34,580 bases of DNA from Campylobacterota bacterium (lineage in GTDB: Bacteria; Campylobacterota; Campylobacteria; Campylobacterales; Sulfurimonadaceae), in assembly GCA_034717975.1 (NCBI GenBank), contig JAYEMF010000113.1:1-34580 (forward strand), given 5' to 3'. This document shows, in pieces, positions 1 through 9,231 of the stretch. The translations under genes were made by a program, and so were the position numbers. A model generated the notes under the pieces. The model saw only the letters and a program-made list of their open reading frames with translations, was not told the origin of the DNA and searched no databases. Positions within the stretch are counted from its first letter, which is position 1, and every line of letters starts with the position of its first letter.

Positions 1-1429
1 ACTCTTTTGATTTGATGGAGATATCGGTAATATCTGTAAATGAGATCACATAATGATATTCATTCGTATTAAGTTGATTGATCTTGACACTGAATGCTTT
101 GGGCTCGGCACTTTTCTGGCATATCATCGAAACCACTTTTCTGTGCTCTTCATTCTCATGAAGCAGATGGTCGACCCAGTTCTCATCTTTGTCAAGCCGG
201 GCAAGGCTGAAGAAACTTTCATGCTCCAAAAAGAAGTCACAGATACAGTCGTGTGACTGCTTAAACACTTCAAGCGAGGGAACATTGAAAAAGTTTAAAA
301 ATGCTGTATTGCATGAAAGGATCTGTTGACCGTCGGTAGTGATGATAATGTTTTCCTGCAGATCCAAAAGGCTCTGGGTATAGGTGTGCTGAAGCTCCAG
401 CTCCTCATGGCTTCGCATCAGCTTTTTCATAAAGTAGTTAAATCCCCAATTAAAAAACAACAGCATAATGGCAAGGACGATCACCGGTGCCGCAACAGCT
501 TTCACAAGGGCACTATAGTAGGCTTTTTCATCTTCAGTGATATCAAAAGATATCAGTACGGTTCCCTCGGTTTTGTCATCATGATTGGTAAGTAAAACCT
601 GATTCCACCGCAGTAGGTAAGTATGCTGATCTTTTTTAATAATATGGCTATTGTCAGAGAAGTTGAGTTCTTTGTCCAGAAGGTATTCAAAAAAGTCTGA
701 ATGCTGTGCGAGATTGTAGGGGCCGATTTTATAAAGATGGTGCTCTCCGCTTTGATGATATAACTGTTTGCTCGAATGTAAAAGTGCGATATGAATATTG
801 TTTTTGTCCTGGCTGTGGGTATGTTGCAGCGTCTCCAGCGCTGCCGAAATTATTTGTGAAGAGCCAATACCAAATTCCATAGTACCCAGATAAACATCGC
901 TGTCAAAGATTGGGAATGCCATCCGGTACAGCAGCGCATCGGAGCCATGAAGCATCTTTCCCACCTCAAAGCCCTCTGTTGCTTGCTGATGTTTATGAAC
1001 AGCATCAATCATCGGTCTGATTTCTGTGAGGTCATCGCCATATTTTTCAGGTTTGTGCATCCGTAAAAAAGAGCTGCCATCAGGCTGATGAAAGTGCATG
1101 ATACCGAAAAACGGATTTTCATCTTTCAAAATATTATACTGATAGATCACCAATTCATAGAGTCTGTTTCGATCTTTCATTTTTACAGCTTCTATAATGG
1201 CGCTGTTGTTTAAAAAATATTTGGCACGTGAAGTGTAAAAAGTACGAAGTTTTTTTTGCTCCAGGGCAACAACCGTCTGGATGTGCTCTGTTACTCTCTG
1301 TACTTTAGAGTCAAAGATCTCTTTGTTATGGTTAATATCAAGATATAAACGAATGCCTGCCACTATAAGGACAATAGCGGTGATCATTAGCAGAATCTGT
1401 TTTTTCAGCTGTTTTTCTTTTGTAAGCAT
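1..1429 (-). CDS. Membrane sensor (two TM helices, Cache-like periplasmic domain, cytoplasmic PAS-like domain); partial, runs off the left edge before the output domain
   Basis: Not in ORF track. Manual translation from ATG at 1429 (AAAGGG upstream) is open to position 1: MLTKEKQLKKQILLMITAIVLIVAGIRLYL...MHFHQPDGSSFLRMHKPEKYGDDL...GFEVGK (Cache-like), second TM VIVLAIMLLFFNWGF, then LLDLQENIIITTDG...CICDFF...ISFTDITDI (PAS-like end). Confidence 0.85.
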   Translation of the reverse strand, partial: MLTKEKQLKKQILLMITAIVLIVAGIRLYLDINHNKEIFDSKVQRVTEHIQTVVALEQKKLRTFYTSRAKYFLNNSAIIEAVKMKDRNRLYELVIYQYNILKDENPFFGIMHFHQPDGSSFLRMHKPEKYGDDLTEIRPMIDAVHKHQQATEGFEVGKMLHGSDALLYRMAFPIFDSDVYLGTMEFGIGSSQIISAALETLQHTHSQDKNNIHIALLHSSKQLYHQSGEHHLYKIGPYNLAQHSDFFEYLLDKELNFSDNSHIIKKDQHTYLLRWNQVLLTNHDDKTEGTVLISFDITEDEKAYYSALVKAVAAPVIVLAIMLLFFNWGFNYFMKKLMRSHEELELQHTYTQSLLDLQENIIITTDGQQILSCNTAFLNFFNVPSLEVFKQSHDCICDFFLEHESFFSLARLDKDENWVDHLLHENEEHRKVVSMICQKSAEPKAFSVKINQLNTNEYHYVISFTDITDISIKSKE

Positions 1430-1479
1430 TTAAACATCAACCCTTTATACATCTTAACACAGAGTATTGAAAACAGGAC

Positions 1480-1633
1480 TATAGTTTACGGTAACCCAAG
1501 TTTAAATTTTATTGCCTCGTCATCCTCAGCTTGACCGGGGGTCCAGTTTGTCATACAGCATAATTTAGACTCCCATTCAAGCTGAGAGCGACAGGTTTTT
1601 GTTATTTTCTTAACCTTGAATTCCCATGCTATA
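1480..1633. mobile_element. Putative MITE/REP-doublet element
   Basis: Inner imperfect 27-bp inverted pair: GTCATCCTCAGCTTGACCGGGGGTCCA (1519-1545) versus the reverse complement of 1566-1592, GTCGCTCTCAGCTTGAATGGGAGTCTA. Outer degenerate inverted ends both read TATAG...GG.AA..CAAG.TTAA (from 1480 and from 1633). Confidence 0.55.
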
Positions 1634-1636
1634 AGT

Positions 1637-3091
1637 TCAACCGTCATCTACCCCTTTTTTAGGCAAAGCCATCTCAAAACAGATACCGCCCTCTTTGCGA
1701 TTCTCTGCTTTGATAACACCATTTAGATGCTTCTCGATAATGGTTTTGCTCATATAGAGCCCCAGTCCGGTACCATTCTTTTCACCCTTTGTCGAAAAGT
1801 AGGGGTCATAGATTTTTGCAAGTATCGCCGGGTCGATCCCTTTTCCGTTATCGCAGATCGAAATATAGACATGCTCTTCATCTTCACGGGTAGCGACCGA
1901 GATCAGCGGGTCCTTGATCCCATCTTCAATCAGCGCTTCTTTGGCATTTTTGAAGATATTGATGAAAACCTGCAGCAGCTCCCTGGAGAAGATGGCGATC
2001 GGTGTCTGGCTGCCATACTCTTTTTCTACCGCGATATTATGATTTTCCAGACTCTTGCCGACAATGGAAAAGTTCTCTTCCAGGACATCATTGACCAGAG
2101 TCATCTCCGTTTTTTTGTTCGGTCGGAAGAAGTTTTTGAAATCGTCGATCGTCTTGGAGAGGTGATGGCTCTGTTCAAGCATCATCGCTGCACTCTTCTT
2201 GACTTCTTCGGGTTCCACATTTTCAAGTTCGACATCGGCCAGCAGATTGTTGGCCCCCATGGCGATCACCGTAATAGGCTGGCGCCACTGATGGGCGATC
2301 ATACTGATCATCTCTCCCATCGCGGCGTGACGCGACTGGGCGAGCATCATCTCCTCTTTTTCCATTAGCTCCTGAAGTGAGTTTTCCAGATTGTTGTGTG
2401 TGACAATAAGGTCAGATTCCATTTTTCCAACGATGCGTGTAATATAAAGTGCCAGTAAAATAGTGAGCAGTAAAATTGAGCCTGGCAGCCAGAGCGCAGT
2501 GGTTTTTACTTTACTCAGACGCAGACGGTTCTCCTGAAGGTGGACTGTTCTAAGGCTTGTGAGCTCCTCCATGAAAAACGTTTCATACTGTTTGAGGTAG
2601 TCAATGGAATTTTTCAATTGGCTCAGGTGAATATAGAACAGACTCTCCTCGCTGGAGTTCAGCCCCTCTCCCAGACGTCGCAGCAGCGATTTGTCCATTG
2701 TATTTTTTGCCTGAAAGAGCGGGTCTTCAAGTTGTTTTAGAATCGAATCCATCTCATTTTGAATGACACCCCATAACCGATTGAACTCTTCTGATTGTTT
2801 ACCTCGTATTTGAACAAGCTGTTGAAGGCTTTCTTCAAAATCATTTCTATTCTGCTTCCATAGAAATTTCTGGGCCACCAGGTCATGTGTTGTCAGCAAG
2901 CGTTCAGTGTTATATTTCAGTTCAAACAGAATATCATAGGCATTTTCTGTAACCTGCTGCTCTTTTCTAAGCGTCTCAAGGCTGTAAAGCAGAGTAACCA
3001 ACACAGCGGCACTAATTATGGAGCCAACAATAAGTATCAAAAAACCAAGAAACGAGATTTGTTTGATGTTATTTTGCTTCATTATCTGCAC
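1637..3091 (-). CDS. Membrane sensor histidine kinase (NtrB-like HisKA + HATPase)
   Basis: Two TM segments; H-box MGEMISMIAHQWRQP; N-box QVFINIFKNAKEA; G1 DNGKGI; F/G2 PYFSTK..GTGLGLY. Start may be the ATG at 3082. Confidence 0.93.
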   Translation of the reverse strand: MQIMKQNNIKQISFLGFLILIVGSIISAAVLVTLLYSLETLRKEQQVTENAYDILFELKYNTERLLTTHDLVAQKFLWKQNRNDFEESLQQLVQIRGKQSEEFNRLWGVIQNEMDSILKQLEDPLFQAKNTMDKSLLRRLGEGLNSSEESLFYIHLSQLKNSIDYLKQYETFFMEELTSLRTVHLQENRLRLSKVKTTALWLPGSILLLTILLALYITRIVGKMESDLIVTHNNLENSLQELMEKEEMMLAQSRHAAMGEMISMIAHQWRQPITVIAMGANNLLADVELENVEPEEVKKSAAMMLEQSHHLSKTIDDFKNFFRPNKKTEMTLVNDVLEENFSIVGKSLENHNIAVEKEYGSQTPIAIFSRELLQVFINIFKNAKEALIEDGIKDPLISVATREDEEHVYISICDNGKGIDPAILAKIYDPYFSTKGEKNGTGLGLYMSKTIIEKHLNGVIKAENRKEGGICFEMALPKKGVDDG

Positions 3092-3547
3092 TTTATTGTT
3101 AAATTTAGAGGCGTTTTATAAAACCTGCTCTGCTTTTCTCTGTCCACGCTTACAATCGTGATATTGAACACTCTATCCGGGACTGCTTACCTCAGCACAT
3201 TGCTCGTACTCAGTATATCCTTATTCACCTTGACAATATTTCAATTTAAATGATCTGAGTCAAAATCCATATAACTGTTAATACGGAAAATCAGCAAAAT
3301 CAAACTTCTCGTAAACGATTATCGACATGGTACAGTTAAGCCAATCCTGCCTTGAAACCGGCAGCTAAAAGTCTGCTAATCCAGTGTTGTGGCAGATTTG
3401 ATTCAATTTTGGAACAGTAGTACAAAAAGATCTATATTGTGACAAATTTACACACAATAATTAAGATAATTTTTTGTGTGTTTAAATATATTATTCTAAA
3501 TAAACAATCAGTTAATATAAATTTATTTATTCTTGAAAAGGATGCAC

Positions 3548-4498
3548 ATGAAACCAGTAATCAGCAGTATCGTTGCTTTAAGTACGCTTGCAATATTAAC
3601 CGGATGTGGTGGTGGCGGAGGTGGCGGAAGCAGTAGCTCTTCTGACGGTTTACCTGCGGTAAATGCCGTTGAAGCCTCACCGAGCGCAGCAAATGGGGCT
3701 GACGCGACACAAACAGTTCTTGATATGGGGGATGTCAGCAGCCTCGGTCTTCTTGCTGCGTCTGATGAGAAAAGAGTTGGTTTTGATGCATTGAAATTTG
3801 CAGCACTTCAGCAAAAGATATTAATCAATAGCCTTGATGCGCAAACACCGGCTTTAAATGAAACAGTTAACAATACTACTCAATGTAGTGGAGGTGGAAC
3901 AATATCAATAACAGGTTCCCAGACAGAGACAAGTATGGACTATACTTTGAGTGCTGACAATTGTATAGAAGGAAGCATAACACTAGATGGTTCCATTCAT
4001 GTAACAACAACTGGTACTAATTATGGTGAGACGCTCAGCAGCTTACACATGGGTTTTACAGAAGACTATACCATGGGCTATGGCTCTTCAACAGTAAAAA
4101 TCCATCAATGGAGCTATATTGATCTTGATTACTCTTCATATACAGATGATAATACTTTTGCAGGAACCTATACCAGCTCTTTGTGGTTTGAATTAGATGC
4201 GGCTACACCTATTGAAGCCCGTTATGACGATCTTACTGTCGCATTTTCATACTCAAGCAGCAGTATCGAGCACTGCTATAAAGCTGGTAGAATTTACATC
4301 AACAACATCACTGAATATCTAGATATTGATGAAACATATGATCCAAACTGCGATCACCCTTTTGTTCATGATGGTTCACATCTGCTCTCAGGTAGCCTTG
4401 AATATAGTGTCAGTGATGGCCGACACGTACATGTTGAAGTAACAGATACCAATGAAATCACTATCACAGATGATGAGGGTGGTAGTGAAGTTATATGA
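3548..4498 (+). CDS. Lipoprotein, Ser/Thr-rich, predicted beta-rich, unknown function
   Basis: AAAGGAT RBS before ATG 3548; signal MKPVISSIVALSTLAILTG-C lipobox followed by a GGGGGGGSSSSS linker; Cys pairs (CSGGG...NC; C...NC). Confidence 0.85.
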   Translation: MKPVISSIVALSTLAILTGCGGGGGGGSSSSSDGLPAVNAVEASPSAANGADATQTVLDMGDVSSLGLLAASDEKRVGFDALKFAALQQKILINSLDAQTPALNETVNNTTQCSGGGTISITGSQTETSMDYTLSADNCIEGSITLDGSIHVTTTGTNYGETLSSLHMGFTEDYTMGYGSSTVKIHQWSYIDLDYSSYTDDNTFAGTYTSSLWFELDAATPIEARYDDLTVAFSYSSSSIEHCYKAGRIYINNITEYLDIDETYDPNCDHPFVHDGSHLLSGSLEYSVSDGRHVHVEVTDTNEITITDDEGGSEVI

Positions 4499-4510
4499 GT
4501 TTTAACGAAA

Positions 4511-5347
4511 ATGCTTAAAAATCTTTTATTACTGATTCCTCTGCTCGGAGGAGTTGGTCTTGCTGACACTTACTCTGTCAGTACCAAATGGCTTGAGAGC
4601 ACATTGAAATATAATGTGAAAGATCCAAACCGCCAACTTGAGGCGGAGCTTGAGTTTCCAGCAGAGGCAGTGGCGATTGCACTTGGGTATACGCATGACT
4701 TTCAAGTCGGATCACTCTCCTTCTCGGTGGAACACTCTATCTATTCCAATGACAGAACAGGCAAAGATACGGATTGGCATCAAGGTGAAACAACGGTCTA
4801 TTCAGAATCCAACACGGAGCTTGATAAGTACTTTAACTTGGGTGTAGCCTATGATTATCCACTTCTTGACAGTACTGCTATTGGTATTGAGCTGTTTCAT
4901 GAAGAGTGGAAAATGACCTGGTCAGATACAAAACAGACCAGTTACTACAACAATCAATATGTCGAAGTTTCAGGCTCTACTGTAACTTATCAGCAAAAAC
5001 TGGATGGGGTTAGATTCTATCTAGGTTATGAAAATGACTTTTCCGGCATCCCCTGGCGACTGTCTGCCGGCTATGATATTGCCTATATAGATAGTAAAGA
5101 TCAGCACCTGCTGCGTTCATTTTATACTTCCAGTCAGGATTGGATAGATGGGTATCACGTTGATTTAACTATCGAGCTTTTCCACTATAACTCTTCTCTG
5201 ATAACTATGGGCGGAAGTTATCGAAAAGTCGAAGGTGATGCAGATATGGATTTTCATCATGATAACGGTGAAAAATACATGACACTGCCTGCAAATTATG
5301 AAACTATAGTTAAAACTTTCGAGTTTCAATACAGCTATCGATTTTAG
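4511..5347 (+). CDS. Omptin-like outer-membrane beta-barrel protease
   Basis: Signal peptide; C-terminal YSYRF beta-signal; GKDTDW matches the omptin DxDW Asp pair; KDQHLLR matches the omptin DxHxxR Asp-His dyad; 278 aa fits a 10-stranded barrel. Confidence 0.7.
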   Translation: MLKNLLLLIPLLGGVGLADTYSVSTKWLESTLKYNVKDPNRQLEAELEFPAEAVAIALGYTHDFQVGSLSFSVEHSIYSNDRTGKDTDWHQGETTVYSESNTELDKYFNLGVAYDYPLLDSTAIGIELFHEEWKMTWSDTKQTSYYNNQYVEVSGSTVTYQQKLDGVRFYLGYENDFSGIPWRLSAGYDIAYIDSKDQHLLRSFYTSSQDWIDGYHVDLTIELFHYNSSLITMGGSYRKVEGDADMDFHHDNGEKYMTLPANYETIVKTFEFQYSYRF

Positions 5348-5459
5348 AGAGCTGTTAAAATCGCTTTTACAAGTCTCCTTTATCTACTTTATGCATAAAT
5401 CATTGTATCCTTTTATATGAGAAGAAGGCATCTTCCAAAAGCCAGTTTGTGAGCAGAGA

Positions 5460-6698
5460 ATGGAAAAAGAGATATATATCGGCAGACAGCCCATTTTAGA
5501 CCGGGATAACAACACCTTTGCCTATGCCCTGCTTTACCGCGATATGGAAAGTGATAATTTCATAACCGACGATCGCAGTGCGACGGCCTCACTGCTTGTT
5601 ACGATTCTCAATCAGTTCGGGATGAAAAAGATCATCGGTGAATATCCGGCTTTCATCATCATTGATGGCTCTTTTTTATTACAGGAGATGGTACTCTCCA
5701 TTCCAAAAGAACACTTTATTCTGGCGCTCATGGAGAGTGTGACCTTGAGCAGTGCCGTGGTAGAGCGCATCCATCAGCTTCATAAAGAGGGGTACCGTTT
5801 TGCCATCAACGACACACTTTTTGATCAAAATACCATTACCAAATTTCAACCCATCCTGAAGCAGATCAGCTATATCAAAGTCGATACTACCGAAGCGGAT
5901 CCGGCACTCATGACACCACTGCTTGACACACTCGACTTGAAACACGTTAAATTCATCGCGACTAAAGTGGAAACTCACTCCACCTTTGAAACATGGGCGG
6001 GAGAACCCATCGACTATTTTCAAGGCTACTATTTTTCACGTCCGAAAGTGATCTCCGAAAAAGTCTTTACCCCCGAACAGATAGCCGTTCTAAAAATCTG
6101 GCGGCTTATTATGGATGATGTTCCTGTCAAAGAGATCACCGATGCCTTTGAGGAGACTCCGACACTCACTCTTCACCTGTTGCGCTACGTTAATTCCGGC
6201 ATGTTTCACTTTAGAGATCCCATCAAGTCTATCGCACAGGTCATCACACTGATCGGCCGTCTTCCGCTTCTGCAGTGGCTCCTACTCCTCATCAATGCTA
6301 AAAACATGGCTACTGACACTCAGACGGCACCCATGCAGGCTCTACTGATCAACCGTATGCAGATCATGTTGGGGCTGCATACACTGATTGATCCAAAAAA
6401 TACCATCCCACAGAGTGAAGTCTACTTTGTCGGACTGCTCTCGCTCATCGATATTCTGCTGGGAGTCTCGCTGCAAACAGTCATCAGGGAGCTCAATGTC
6501 GACAGCTCCATCAACGATGCTATTTTGTATCAGAAAGGTGAACTCGGCGATATCCTGATAGCTGCACGGGCCATAGAACATTTTGATACTACCGCTATTG
6601 AAGGTTTTCTCGAAAAGTATGAGATCGCCATGGATGATATCGTTAATCTGACTCTGCAGACTATTGAAAAAGTCAATAGCTTCGAAGCTACCGTATAA
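5460..6698 (+). CDS. EAL + HDOD domain protein (YuxH/PdeH-like), EAL degenerate
   Basis: IGRQPILD start, YFQGYYFSRP, HDOD LLRYVNS...IKSIAQVITLIG and YFVGLLSLID. Catalytic acidic residues are altered (YALLYR, AIND, IATKVE). Confidence 0.88.
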   Translation: MEKEIYIGRQPILDRDNNTFAYALLYRDMESDNFITDDRSATASLLVTILNQFGMKKIIGEYPAFIIIDGSFLLQEMVLSIPKEHFILALMESVTLSSAVVERIHQLHKEGYRFAINDTLFDQNTITKFQPILKQISYIKVDTTEADPALMTPLLDTLDLKHVKFIATKVETHSTFETWAGEPIDYFQGYYFSRPKVISEKVFTPEQIAVLKIWRLIMDDVPVKEITDAFEETPTLTLHLLRYVNSGMFHFRDPIKSIAQVITLIGRLPLLQWLLLLINAKNMATDTQTAPMQALLINRMQIMLGLHTLIDPKNTIPQSEVYFVGLLSLIDILLGVSLQTVIRELNVDSSINDAILYQKGELGDILIAARAIEHFDTTAIEGFLEKYEIAMDDIVNLTLQTIEKVNSFEATV

Positions 6699-6757
6699 AT
6701 TACATTAATTTAGTAAAACTTCTGTAATATTCCACTATTAATAAACAAGGACACCTA

Positions 6758-8679
<1,922 letters not shown>

Positions 8680-8721
8680 TGACGGAATAATAAACGCAAA
8701 TTTCTTTGCGTTTATCCGTCA
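8680..8721 (+). terminator. Long hairpin immediately after the groEL stop (terminator or stabilising stem)
   Basis: TGACGG..ATAAACGCAAA-TTTC-TTTGCGTTTAT-CCGTCA; no clear U-tract follows. Confidence 0.5.
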
Positions 8722-8803
8722 GAAACCGTAGGCGTTGTGCGAATGAAATGAGTACCGCCGTAGGCTTCACATTAGATAGTTAACTACTTTAGCCGAACGA
8801 AAC

Positions 8804-8862
8804 CAGAAGCGTTGCACTAGAAATCATTTAGTGATTTCTAGCAGTGGACTTTAGTCCTTCTG
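8804..8862. repeat. Branched palindromic intergenic element
   Basis: CAGAAG/CTTCTG closing stem encloses CTAGAAATCA-TTTAG-TGATTTCTAG (8817-8841) and GGACT-TT-AGTCC (8846-8857). Confidence 0.45.
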
Positions 8863-8944
8863 CCAAAGGCACCGCTGGCGGCTTAACATAAATAGTAAAC
8901 CATTTATCTTGAACAAACCCCACACAACCAATTAAAGATTTCCA

Positions 8945-9187
8945 ATGCAAAACCCCTTCTCCAAAGAACAGATCAAAAACTACCTGCTCCTCTATGGCGC
9001 TATTGTTGTTATTATGGTGCTCTTTTATATCCTTAACAATCTGCTTAACAAGCAGAAGAGTCATGAACAGAAAGTTTTTGAGACTGGCAGTTCGGTTCAG
9101 ATAAAAGAGAGTAGTGAAAAGCCTAACGAAGAGGCAGAAAGCAGCAACAACAACAGCCGCTTTAAACTGCTGGAGAAAGGGTATTAA
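8945..9187 (+). CDS. Small single-TM hypothetical protein
   Basis: Hydrophobic YLLLYGAIVVIMVLFYIL followed by a charged tail; fills the gap between groEL and a convergent gene. Confidence 0.65.
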   Translation: MQNPFSKEQIKNYLLLYGAIVVIMVLFYILNNLLNKQKSHEQKVFETGSSVQIKESSEKPNEEAESSNNNSRFKLLEKGY

Positions 9188-9231
9188 GAGCTAACGCCCA
9201 CTACTTCAGGCACTGCTCTGTAAATGAGATT

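Noticed and set aside
53..595. Plus-strand ORFs 53-256 and 326-595
   Set aside because: Antisense shadows of the real minus-strand sensor gene at 1-1429.
3290..3420. c-di-GMP or other known riboswitch upstream of signalling genes
   Set aside because: Lacks the GEMM GAAA-tetraloop/receptor pattern and other consensus motifs; kept only as unexplained hairpins.
3607..3641. Gly/Ser codon run as a phase-variable tract
   Set aside because: Mixed codons encode a normal lipoprotein linker; it is not a homopolymer.
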